Source: Flectonema sp. DT1601 (lineage: Eukaryota). Taken from it: a stretch of DNA of 64,000 bases. The stretch lies in contig OZ025797.1 of the NCBI GenBank assembly GCA_964019425.1, positions 124,001 to 188,000 on the forward strand, in the 5' to 3' direction. Under the pieces are notes generated by a model. It searched no databases and was not told the DNA's origin. It saw only the letters and a list, made by a program, of their open reading frames with translations. The position numbers were made by a program, and so were the translations under genes. Positions 44,422 through 55,992 of the stretch are shown one piece after another; position 1 is the first letter of the stretch; each line of letters opens with the position of its first letter.

Positions 44422-46586
44422 TCACGTAGACGTCAGAGATAATTTTTGCAGCAACTTACCAGCGTATTGAACATCAGACTGCCGCATTCGGTTGCGTATC
44501 TGTGATTGTTTTGTTTTACATGTGCTGCTAACCACTGGAAAGTAAGACTCACAAACACTAAACGACATACCTTCTTTGCTGACGGAGGTCTATTGAAAGA
44601 CTTTCCTAAAGTTTCACTACCCTGGATTACATTAGGACTCTCATCCCATTTAAATTTAGACACGTGATCATACTTGCAATGTAAACACTTACCCATCCAG
44701 TAGCAGTCTGTACAGCAATTAGCGTTACAAAAAGTACAATTATACGATCTTGTTAACGAGTAAGGTGACATATCACATGTACATTTTTTTGCGTTTGACG
44801 GAAGTTGGGTACGGGCTCGGAACGTTGGGTCTGAAGGCCAAGTCTCAGAGGTGCTGAGCTTACGTTCAGTTGGAACAAAAGCGAGAGAATCTTCTTCAAA
44901 AGCATCAGCTGGGTTAGCATTACGAGGGTTATGATCAGAGTAGTGAGTGCCGCTGTTGTTACGATTAAAATCACTTCGATCTTGGTAGATATTTTGATCT
45001 ATTTCATGTTTGCTTAAGCGAGATCGAAATCTAAGAGCTGCTTCATCAGTCGCCACACTTGACGGCTGTGGAGTTGGTTGAGAAACAGGACCCTGATGAT
45101 ATCCACTACCATAAACACCTTCAGTACCAGTTGTTGGAGGAGTTGGAACACTATAAGTTGACAGTACTGGTGCACCAACATCAACATGAACAGTACTATT
45201 TGATGGTGCACCCATTACTGGTTCATCGTATGCTAGTCTTCTTGGTGAGGTATATATTTCAACCCCGTTAACAGATCTGTCGTACTTTTGTCTTCCCGGA
45301 GTGGCGGTGTTGTCTTTTTTAAAGAATTGTTCATTCAGGTTTAAATTCTTAATCACCGGCTTCGTCGCTGCTGCGCTATGAGAACGATTTCCTTTTTTGT
45401 GGGTACGCGGTGGGGATATTGTTATTGCTGTCGGATTTCTGAAATTGTTATCAGGTTCTGCGCTGTAGCTTCTCTCAGGAGGGGTGCGAGATCTTCTCAT
45501 GTTGTTATTAAAAACAGTACTGCTACCAACGTCGTGATTATGTAACTCGTTCAGTAGTTTTTGCTTTTCAAGATGACGTTTTGTGAGAGCTTTTGCGCGT
45601 TGATTCTGTTTTGAAGGTCCAGTTTGGTCATATTGATCATCCCACTGAGAAGGTAACTCTTCTCCAGGATGGTTAGCTCTCCAAATAGTTTCTTCAGATC
45701 TACGTCTTTCAGGTGTTACATTGTTAACTCTGTGAACAGGAGATGGTGATCTTTGAATTGGTGTTGTTGAAGTACTACTGGCTAATGAAATACCCGGATC
45801 TGATTCAGCTACCAGTACGTGGAACTCTTTTGATTTCATTAGTTTTGTTGCCGCTGCGCTGTCATAAACCCAAACCCCATCTACCTGGAGAAGTCTCATT
45901 CCAACTTTAAGTCCGGCTAAGTCTGCTGCCCCACCTTTTGTGAGGTCGATGATGGTCATGTCTTCGTCTGTTACGAATCCGTTTTTAGATACCAAATATT
46001 TCTTCTTTACTTTAAATTTTCTAATTTTTCCTTCAACTTCATTCAAGAGCTCAGCGTCAGTCTTAACGCCACGTCGAATCCGTTCACGATCTTCACGAAG
46101 CTGACGAAGACGAGGAGGTGTTGTTTGCTCTGGTTCAATAATGTCAGGGAAGATAGCATCGCGAGATGACTCCTCTGCGTGTCTATTATCAATGAATGCC
46201 CTTCCACTTCGACGGTTTTGAACAGTTCTGTTTCGATGAGGGCTGGGTTGAGGAGTGACAGAAGCTTGAACTTTATAACGGGCACCTGCATTACTGCTGT
46301 CGTCACTGTATTCCAAACTTCCACCAATTGCAAATGGAGGAACGACCGCGTACTTATCTCTTTTCATTATTCTAATTGAAGGTCTTCCTGCTGGATGAGG
46401 TGGAGGACTAACTGATCTCGAAGGACTTCTCCTCCTCCCTCGACTACGTGCCCCAGATGGGCTTCCATTCGTTGGACTGGTCTGAACCGATGAATAAGTA
46501 TCATCCATTGTTAGCGTCGTACCACATTTAAAGCAAAAATGAGCTCCATCAGGCTGTGGCACCCCGCAGGTGCTACAGAAACCCAT
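44422..46586 (-). CDS. Zinc-ribbon + PDZ-like + Cys-rich protein; two exons (46586-44571, 44499-44422)
   Basis: 'FCSTCG..AHFCFKCG'; PDZ-like 'GGAADLAGLKVGMRLLQVDG'; C-terminal CxxC cluster; 71-nt intron gives ..AKK|IRNRMRQSDVQYAGKLLQKLSLTST*. Confidence 0.8.
44500..44570 (-). other. GT-AG intron, 71 nt
   Basis: GTATGT...AAAACAAAACAATCACAG. Confidence 0.65.
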
Positions 46587-47016
46587 CACAATTGTACCTC
46601 AGCTTTTTAAGAGGAAATAGAATAAATCAAACCAGTCAATTAAAATCAATATTCTGGGCAAACAAACCTGTCCAAAACGAGAATGAACATTACATAACTT
46701 CTAAAGAGACTCTCAAAGATCTAAAGTCGAATTATAATTAATCTGCGGAGGATTTAACAAAAAGAAACAAGTAATAAAACAAAAAAAGAAAAATCGCGGT
46801 ACCCCTTGTTCTTTTTTTTTTGAGTGCACCACGACCACGGAGGGTTAATTTTTTGATTTGATTCAGAACGAAAAAAATAAAGTTGCGCTGAAGAGATATC
46901 CTGATATGACATGCCCTTCGTGGAGCGACAACCGTAATGACGAAATGACGAATAACGAAACTGTTTAGAAGAGAGCAAAGGGAGTGAGACTGGTCCTCCA
47001 AAGTACCACACTGATA

Positions 47017-48642
47017 CTAAGTATTAATCTCATGAGTTGGAATCATAATTTGTTTATTGTCACTATGATTACCTCCTCCAATTGCCACAGCAGCAGCTCC
47101 TACAGCGATAACACAAAGAGCAGACCAAGTACTGAATTCAGGAGATGCACCCCCAGCAGCTATATTGAGACAAACTGCATACAAAGGTTCCAGAGTAATG
47201 TTAACTGATATAACAAGTGGGCTGAGATAGCGAGAGGCTATAAGAAAACCTCCATATGACACGGCCCCTCCAACAATTCCACCTATGCTGTTAGGAAACC
47301 AGAATTGATTTGCCACGTCCAATGCATCGAAGAAGTTAATACCAACAGCAATACAAAAAGTTACTTGAACACATACTGATATTCCATTTACTGCAGCCAT
47401 CAAGGTCATACCGGGTAACTCTTGTTGAAGTTTTTGAGTCAGAGATAAGTACAACCACATGTAAATTGAAACCATGAAGCCCATAAAATCACCAAATAAC
47501 GAACTATTTTGAGGTTCGCTCCCACTACTCTCGCTGCTCTTATACAACAACAGAATTCCAATGAGAACAACGATCGCACCCACTCTCTCAGTTACTCTAG
47601 AATCACTTAGTGTACTTCCTAAAATCATTATTGGATGCAAGTTCATTAACACCACACACTTAGCTAAACTTGTATTCTCCAAGCTAACAAGGAAACTGAT
47701 TCCAAACATACCATGTAGAATACCAGTCAGGAGTAGCATTTTTGCACTAAAATTTCTGATAAAAGCTGGCTGTCGGTCCTTTTCTAAAGTGAAGGATGAT
47801 AGACGGCAATGATCATTAACTTCTATCAGATCACCACCAAATATATAATATCGAAGATGAGATGCTGGCTGGGAGTTAAACAATTCACGTATCTGTTTAC
47901 CGACAGCTTTCGGATCGGAAGCGATTTCTATGAACGCCAATATTGAAAATGCAAAAAGAGTGAACGAAGTCATCCAAACGCTCTTAAGTAGTGGCGATAT
48001 ATTACCAGGATACATATCTCGTGCTACGATAGCCTTAGACGCCAATGCAGCTACCGAGCACATTAGTAGCATCCAAACAATTGCTGGTCTGGCGTATTCA
48101 ATAACTAGATAATAAGCTCCTTCACTGATTCCAATATCTTTTACTTCCTTAACTGTTGAAGGGAGTCTTGGCAACCAAGGGGTTCGGTGGTCAAGGGAGT
48201 CAGGCACGATGACGCATGAACTAACTTCATCAATTCTAGGTATTAAATACAATGAATCTGTTGGATCATGAAGTGCTCGTATTCTAACACTGAGTGGCGT
48301 CTGAATTGGTGTAGGTGGCAAGGCAGACAGAGATTTGGTGGATGAGGCTGATCGTGATAACAGCGCAGAAGATTCATTGGTATCATCTCGTCTGGATCCA
48401 TTCAACACTCTTCCTTTTCTTGCCATTGTGAATTCGCATAATTGGGGTGCACCCTCTTCACCTATCACAATGTCATCGCTAGTCTCGGTAATATCAACCT
48501 TCTCACCATCTTCTGTCTGATGGCGCAATGCTTCAACCAACGTGACGACATCTACTCCAGTGACCCGCGAAATATTACTCACCGACATCACAACTGCTCC
48601 TGTCGGTGCGCATCCCAACAACGGTGTGCTGGGGACAGACAT
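47017..48642 (-). CDS. EamA/DMT-family transporter with long soluble N-terminus
   Basis: About 10 hydrophobic segments; 'SLENTSLAKCVVLMNLHPI', 'FGDFMGF', 'ISVNITLEP'. Confidence 0.85.
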   Translation of the reverse strand: MSVPSTPLLGCAPTGAVVMSVSNISRVTGVDVVTLVEALRHQTEDGEKVDITETSDDIVIGEEGAPQLCEFTMARKGRVLNGSRRDDTNESSALLSRSASSTKSLSALPPTPIQTPLSVRIRALHDPTDSLYLIPRIDEVSSCVIVPDSLDHRTPWLPRLPSTVKEVKDIGISEGAYYLVIEYARPAIVWMLLMCSVAALASKAIVARDMYPGNISPLLKSVWMTSFTLFAFSILAFIEIASDPKAVGKQIRELFNSQPASHLRYYIFGGDLIEVNDHCRLSSFTLEKDRQPAFIRNFSAKMLLLTGILHGMFGISFLVSLENTSLAKCVVLMNLHPIMILGSTLSDSRVTERVGAIVVLIGILLLYKSSESSGSEPQNSSLFGDFMGFMVSIYMWLYLSLTQKLQQELPGMTLMAAVNGISVCVQVTFCIAVGINFFDALDVANQFWFPNSIGGIVGGAVSYGGFLIASRYLSPLVISVNITLEPLYAVCLNIAAGGASPEFSTWSALCVIAVGAAAVAIGGGNHSDNKQIMIPTHEINT

Positions 48643-48882
48643 ACTGCCACCGAACCTGCAAGGGGAAAAGGTAACCCAGATAAATTATACCATTTGACAT
48701 TCGATAAATAGAATATAATCAAGACTTGGCCTAAAGCCAACGTTCTTGTGCAAGCAGTCTGTTTGCTGCCGGACGTGGTCAACTTGAACGAAGAAGTTGA
48801 AAATACGAAAAAATGTGCTGAGAATTTTTCTTTGTACACACATCAGTATACAATAAATATAAATATTTTTTTCATGTACAAG

Positions 48883-48955
48883 GCCCGTGTAGCCCAATGG
48901 ATAAGGCGTTTGCTTCCTAAGCAAAAGATTGTGGGTTCGATCCCCACCATGGGTA
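48883..48955 (+). tRNA. trnR-CCU: tRNA-Arg, anticodon CCU
   Basis: 73-nt cloverleaf: acceptor GCCCGTG/CATGGGT, anticodon stem TTTGC/GCAAA with loop TTCCTAA, T-arm GTGGG-TTCGATC-CCCAC; T-run follows. Confidence 0.95.
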
Positions 48956-48999
48956 ACTTTTTGTGTTTTTTTAAACCTCTCACAAGATTTTTTTTCTTA

Positions 49000-50142
49000 T
49001 TAACGGCGGTCCCTGGTGTATGCATTTCTCCTTCCTCTTCTGTCTCTTGATGAACTCCTGTGGCGTCTTTCTTGCCTGTCTGATCTCGGCCTCCGTTCCT
49101 CAGATTCAGACCTACCTGCACTGCTTGACCTCCTCCGTGCTATTCTCTGAAGTATCTTTTCTAATTTATCACAATCTTGTTTGGTTGGAATGTTCGGAAC
49201 TGGTTTAATTATCAATGAAGTCGATTGCTGCAATTTCAGAGGACGGTCTCTGAAAGGTTTGTTAGATAAAGTTGTGAGGCAGCTGAAGGCTCCAGCAGGA
49301 TCCATATATTCAACAAAGGCAAACCTTGCTGGTTTGCGGTCATCGCCTGCTAATTTGATGTAGGTGACAGGGCCTGCTTGGTTGAAGTGCTGAAAGAGTT
49401 CTTCTTCAGAAGCATTAGAATCAACGTTCGCGGCATAGATTGTCCTCGCGATTGCAGTCATAAATTCATTTCTGGGTTGTTGAGATGCTGAACCTTCTTT
49501 CGAAACCTTAATAAGTGAGTCAGTGCCTGTTGACACCTCCGGCTTTATAATCGGTGTTGTTGACGGTACTATTGTCAGTGGTCTTTCCTTTAGCAGAACA
49601 CCAGAAATCTTCATTGCCTGCATGGCTGCCTCCACTGTTGCAAATTCGATGAAACAAAATCTGGATGGTTTATCATCATCTCCTGCAATTTTCACATAAG
49701 TTACAGGGCCGCATTGCTGGAAAAATACTGCCACATCCTTCTCTGATAGCCTTGAGCAAATATTTGTTACGTGAACGGTTCTTTCAACTGGATGGCTGTT
49801 ATCAGGAGCTTGTGCGTTCACAGTGAGCAGTGGATTAATTGCCGATTGTATAATTACCTTCTCTCCTAAAAATTCTCTTCCATCCAATCTCAGAGCGTTT
49901 GCAACACTTTCCTCAGTGGCAAACATCACCCTCCAGACTGGAGATGAACCTCCCGAACCGGCCTTTTCACAGCTGGTGACAGTACCGCATGCCGAGAGAT
50001 ACTCCCTAACGGTGTGATCGGTTGCCTGTTTTTGATTTGTTGTCAAAGTTTCCAAACTCTTGGATGAGAAAAATAAATATTAAGAATGGCATACCTGGGG
50101 TGACGTAAGTGTCAAGAAGACCGTCTTCCTAATGTCGGCCAT
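49000..50142 (-). CDS. Three-RRM protein with RS-like tail; two exons (50142-50095, 50025-49000)
   Basis: RNP motifs 'RTVHVTNI..RFCFIEF', 'RTIYAANV..RFAFVEY'; first RRM completed by exon 1 MADIRKTVFLTLTSPQ. Confidence 0.88.
50026..50094 (-). other. GT-AG intron, 69 nt
   Basis: CAG|GTATGC...ACAAATCAAAAACAG|GCA; in frame. Confidence 0.8.
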
Positions 50143-50811
50143 TTTGATGCAATACTGACAAAAGAAAATAAAGCTGTATCCACTGCCATATTCCTTAAAT
50201 AATGATATATGTGTAAATCTTTGTGACTGATGACATAAATAATTGGGTTAGTTGGAAAGAAAGAAAACGGGAATCGCATGAAAAAGGGCTTTTATCATGC
50301 ATCAAAGAGAAGCACCGAAAAGAGACTTTCTAAAACTCACAAACGTTATTAATAACAAAAAAAAGAGCAGCCAATTTTTACTGTGGCGCAGACTTAGAAG
50401 ATTTCAAATTATAAATGTGTAAATTTAATTGCATCGGACATGATTACAATGAAGCAAGAGGCAGGAGAATTGGAAAATCCACTACATGCGCACAGCGCAG
50501 CAGTAGTCAAGGAGAGGAGATTCTAGTTTGAATTGAAAACAACAGCACTGTAAATAAGTACTCCAAGAGAATAAGAGCATCAACGCTAAGACGCTGACAC
50601 GCTATTATAAGGTGCAGAATAGGTGCAGAATTAAGGTGGGAAAAGAGGGAAGGGATATAAAACAAACCAGAAAGAAAAGAATTAATTGCACGAACAAAAT
50701 ACCAAAAAAAGCATAATAATAAAACAATGGCGATACGAACAAGAAAGTCTCTGTGTGGCATTAAAAGTGGCAAAAAAACTAACAAATAAAAGAAGTTCCA
50801 TTTTATCCATC

Positions 50812-53800
50812 TTATTCAGCAGCAATAGTCTCTGTAGTTACTAAATCCAAACACTTATCAGGTGCTTCTTCATTCACAGACGTGATAGTTGCATTGCAAA
50901 AAAAACATCGAGAGGAGTTGACTAAATGTCTCTCAATGCACTCTAAGCAACTCCTGTGACCACATGAAAACACGCGATCTGAGGCAGTACAGTAGCAGAT
51001 GCAGCAGATTTCATCCGAAGGAACTTTCTCAGCCTGTGGTTATTTCATAAATTATAAAGCCCGGGATTAGGTTCTTCCTACTACCGCAGTTTTGGGGACC
51101 CTCAGAAGAGCCACCCGGTACTCTTTGAGTGTCTACCTAACCGATACTCGGTGGTCTGATGGACTTGCTAACTAACTAAAGTCAAGAACTATCAAAAAAA
51201 ACAGATAATAAAAACGATCAAAAATAAACAAACCTCCTCATCAAGAGACTGCTTGTGCTTCACCCACTTACCATGAGCTTCAGTAATACACTTAATCGTT
51301 GAAGGGTGTTTTAGATGATTAAGTTTTGCATTTGAACTTCCTCCAAGTTCTGTTGTTATTTGGTGGATATATTTTTTATGATTGTTATTCACAGTACGTA
51401 ATAAAAGAACTTTAAGGCATACCACAGACCCAATCAATGTTAATCAGATATTTGAATGTCTCGATTGACCAGTCGTTGTTTGTTGTTGAGAGGTGCTTAA
51501 GAAATGAATTGTCAACAGAAATAGCAGACACAGTTTCTGATAAAGGTTCATTAATAGCTGTTGGTGTGTAGTAAAGTAGGGAAACAAGACAGCCAGCGAC
51601 AGGTGCAAGAAGTCTGACTTGAACGCGATGACCAAATTTAGAACTGCACTCATGACTAGAATAGTTATTTAACATATGAACTAGTGATTCAACTAACATT
51701 CTCATGTTGGTGTTACTACGTTGTCGTATTTCAGGTGTCATGGTTGGGACTTCGGAATAAAGAAATGGCATCATAGTGCTGGTCACTTCCAGAACATCAA
51801 ACAACCTCCTTGACAAGTCACACATCATTCCACACTTCTTTCTATGTTGAAGTTGTCGTATAATTCGTTGACCGGGAATTGGATGTGATGGTTGTTCCTG
51901 TTGGCATAATGACAACTCTGAGGTTGCCCATCCCAGTCTGTTAAAAAGCTCTTTTATGAACTCAAAAATACTATCACACTTGTCAGGTTTCTGCTCCAAG
52001 ATTTCCTTAGTTACATTCAAAGTAATTGGTGAAGTCAGTGATGTTAATGATTGGTTTCTTAACATTTCTTCACAGCAGACTCCCCAACACGCACAAAGCT
52101 CTTTTGATAACTTCTGAGAGGAGCACATCTGTGCTGTTGTTGAGGGAATGACTTCCCATTCTATTTGAGTGACTAATTCTTGTGTGTCATCTCTGCAGAA
52201 GGCGAGAGTTTTACCAATTTGTATCAAAACGATTAAGGATGTCACCCATGTCTGTTTATCGTGAAATGATTTAAAAATTGACGAAATTAGTACCGACATC
52301 AGAGGAGTGTCTGCGTTCATCAACCTACCGACAGCTGATGAATTAGAAGTCTCCAACAAGGATGCAACAGCTCCAAGCATCGTGTCTTTTAAGTCAGAAC
52401 GAACTATTCTACTGTCTCTCAAGTGAGTAATTAAGAATGGTAATGCATCGTCTTCTACACTGTTATCAGTTTCTGATAATCGACTGCGAAGATGGATGCA
52501 AGTCACCAAAGCCTCTAGCATAAAATTAGGAAGAAATGAAAAATACGGAGTTTCACTGTAATGCATAAATATCTTGAGAAGAATTTTATTAAAATATCGC
52601 AACGACTTCATCGATGAAGTAATTGATATGTGTTTCCAAATACATTTCCTGGTGGTTTCGGCAGCTTCAGCAACTATGCATCTAAATGGTGCCTCAGCAC
52701 TGGACGCACTCTGCTGAGCATCGTTCAGGACCCCGTGAAATTTCGCTACCACCTTCGTCTTTGTGATAAGTCCATTCATAATACGGTTTATGTGAAGCTT
52801 TGCACCATAAAAATAAAACATCAGCAGCTTACTAAAAGTTTGGCTGTGAATTCTACGTCGACGATCGGAAAGATCTCCGGAGCTTGAACCTGAATCAGAA
52901 AATGAAACCTCCGGATGTTCAGCCTGCAAATGAGAAAGCAAACCTCCCAACCTATCAATTGTTAAGTAGTGATCCGCAGTACTTGTGTATCTTTTCCAGT
53001 CAACTGCGATTCCTATTATGTTGCTTGTTGGGTACACTTCTGGGACTTCGATAACAGCAGGCATTAGAATAGGAAGTATCAATAAAAATAATTTCGCAAA
53101 CCCGGCGCTATCACTTGGACTACGTTGAATCTCAGAAGCACAATACTTTTCTATTACAGAAAGCAGCTTTGTACGGCCTCGTAGTTCTCCATCGTCATCC
53201 ATAAGTAGTTTTTGTATTATGTTTTCTCTAATTTTGTCGGTTGGACGAATTAGTTCCTCAGCCAATTGATCAATGTCTTCACATAACTTCTCAGCGCTCA
53301 TTGACTCCATTTTGTTGACAGATTGTGAAGTCTTTTTATTCATACTGTCAGCCCCTACCCACCACATGTGTTTTATTAAAAGTCTAAGTACCGAACTACA
53401 TGGTTGCTTATGTTGACACAGTCGCAGCAGGTCATCAGAAAAATCTGGCGAATCTAACCACGCTAGTAGAATCTGATCCCCACACGTTGAGAGAATCTCA
53501 AGTAATTTTAACGATGAATCGGGCTCGAACTTGATCGGAGTTTCAGTAAAAGCGTAGTTTTCAGATATGTTTGTTGCGGCTTGTGCTTCTGGTTGTAAAT
53601 GTTTTTTAGAGTCTCCTTCGGGACCTGACCAGTTGTTGGAACTTTTTAATTCCTGTGGTGGTTGTGATTGTTGTGACTTAGAACAGTCAGGAATCAATTT
53701 GTTTTTATCATCCAACGTACTGATTATGGTTGACCGCGCTCGTTCCCTTGGAGGGGATTGCTTTTCTGGACGCCTGACAAGATAAGAGATTTTCGGCCAC

Positions 53801-54990
53801 AAATCCTTGTCATCAACAACTGTAGGAGGTACCCTATCACATGGATACACTGTTGGGTAATCTTGAACCCTAAAATGATGTGCATGTGAACTTGTTACAC
53901 ACAACAGTGATAATGCTCCTCTCCATAAAGCAGTGTACGTTTTAGTATCTAAACATATGTGTGATAAATTAACAACAGAATTGATAAATGATAAGTTGCT
54001 CATATTGCTTATCAAAAAAGGAATCCAGAGATGACCAATAAACGATTGAAGATGCTGTGCTCGACCAGGGGTTGCAAAAACTGGTTTATACTTTTCAACT
54101 ACAGAAAATACATGTTTAAAAATAACCATCACCGCGGCAGATGATCGTGAACTTGACATTCCACAGAAGTACTGAATGCCAGACAACATTGGTTTTAATT
54201 GCTCAATAAAACGAGGAACACCGAGTTGTAATGCCGAGTATCCAGAAATTGGATACTTAAAAGGCATTGCACCAAAATTAACAACACAAGCCTCATTATT
54301 TGATAAGGAAAATGCTGGTGTGAACACCAGAGATTCAGCCGCTCGTCTTCCATCATGCAGTAGTGTTGATGTTGTGTCAATCTTAGTGAAGGCCTTTCCT
54401 TGTAATTGACCATTTGCTGAGTATTCGATGATTCCATTTGTTAAGTCGATAAATGAGGTTATGACATCGCCAACTTCCCAGGTGCTTCCGTAAGTTTCTT
54501 CCACCACATTCCATTTTTTTACTCGGCTACCATCAAAAGAATACGTGTTTAAGGAGTCGCCTACACCGTATTCTCTTGTCCAGGTCGCAGCTGCACCTTG
54601 GACTGCCCATCCAATTTGTTGAAGACCTGGTGACAGCAGAGTGATTTCGTACATCCATTTCCCTTCAGTTAGTCGAACTGACGTAGTTGAAGTTGAAAAC
54701 TCTGTTTTATTTCCGATGTACTGAAGTCCCATTGAATGTGCGGGTTGTGTTAACTTTTTATTATCCGACTGAACTTTTACCTCTCTTCCACTCTGAATCA
54801 ATGCAGTTGTTAAACCGTAGCGACCGACTGGTTCTTCGCTGTCTACGAGTTTTTTACTTTCAAAATTCCGACAGCGTTCGTCGACTCGTTTTATGAATTC
54901 CGGAGTGCTTTCAGTATCAGCGCATTTCAACCACCCGTCACGCCATTCTGCGTCCCATTCTTTGTTGAATTGTTTGTCTTCTTCTTTCAT
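50812..54990 (-). CDS. RNF123: RNF123/KPC1/RKP-like E3 ubiquitin ligase (SPRY + C-terminal RING); three exons (54990-51423, 51349-51234, 51033-50812)
   Basis: SPRY 'GKWMYEITL..LQQIGW..GVGDSLNTYSFDGSRVKKWN'; last exon encodes RING 'CCICYC..FSCGHRSCLECIERHLVNSSRCFFC'. Confidence 0.9.
51034..51233 (-). other. GT-AG intron, 200 nt, containing a GC-richer insert
   Basis: GAG|GTTTGT...AAATAACCACAG|GCT; in frame with RING exon. Confidence 0.75.
51350..51422 (-). other. GT-AG intron, 73 nt
   Basis: G|GTATGC...AAATAACAACAG|AA; phase 1, restores frame. Confidence 0.75.
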
Positions 54991-55272
54991 TTTTTGATTG
55001 CAGTATATCGCTGTAATTGATGTAGAGAGTTAAGAAACTGTGACACATGTCATCTTCTTCCTCTGGGAGGGCTGTCACTTGCTACCTCGAAAAGAAAAAA
55101 AAAAAAAAAAAGAATTGGCTTTAACTACAACTATACAAAAAATAGTAAGTTTGTTTGTGCACGAAACCGTGAACCGACTTAAACTGATAAAGCTAAAGGA
55201 GGTTTACGAGTGCTGCCAATATTTTTTTCCGTTTTTACAATACTTGTTAAATGCAAAAAAAAAAAAAAAAGG

Positions 55273-55404
55273 AAACCACTCAGATAAGCCTTATATTTTG
55301 TTGATCGCAGCTAGTTTTACTGGCGCACAGGGAAATAGATAATAAATAATGGCTCTTAATCTAAATAGTTTCTTCTCCGACTTTGTCGGTGCAAAAAAGA
55401 AAAA
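55273..55404 (+). repeat. Dispersed repeat family A, copy 2
   Basis: Near-identical to 5801-5940; ends CCGACTTTGTCGGTGC + A-rich tail. Confidence 0.9.
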
Positions 55405-55992
55405 CTGAATCTAGACTCCTACCCATGAGTTTGATAGAAAAAATAAAATTAAAAAACTAATTATTGCACAACTGACAAGTCGATTTAATGACTCGTTTTT
55501 AAAAGTAAGTTTATAAATAAATAACAAAACTATTTATGTAGGACATGACAAGAATGAGATCCATTAGATGGAAACTCATGCTAATTATTTTATTTTTTTT
55601 TAAGAATTTGTTTTCTCAGCAGGATAAATTTTTTTTTTTTTCAGGGTGAGTAAAACAACAATTCCAAACAAAAGTTGACCATCAGATTCGATATTTTATT
55701 TCTTCACAACGTTCAATTACCTTTGGAAGAAGAAGAAAAAAATTTCCATTCGTAAGGTGTGAGTTCTTGACTTTCAACACAAGGTAATGTTGAAGAAATC
55801 CAATACACTTATTTTTTATAACAAATAATAAAAAGAGATTCCACCACATATTTGATGAATGTGGCTGACAAGCCGGGTTCAGGACTCGCAAAAAAACTAA
55901 AGCAAATAACAAACTAAAAATATTAATAATAAAAAAAACTAAATGAGAATAAACAGATAAGTAGCACTAAAGGACAATCATGGACGATTCAC

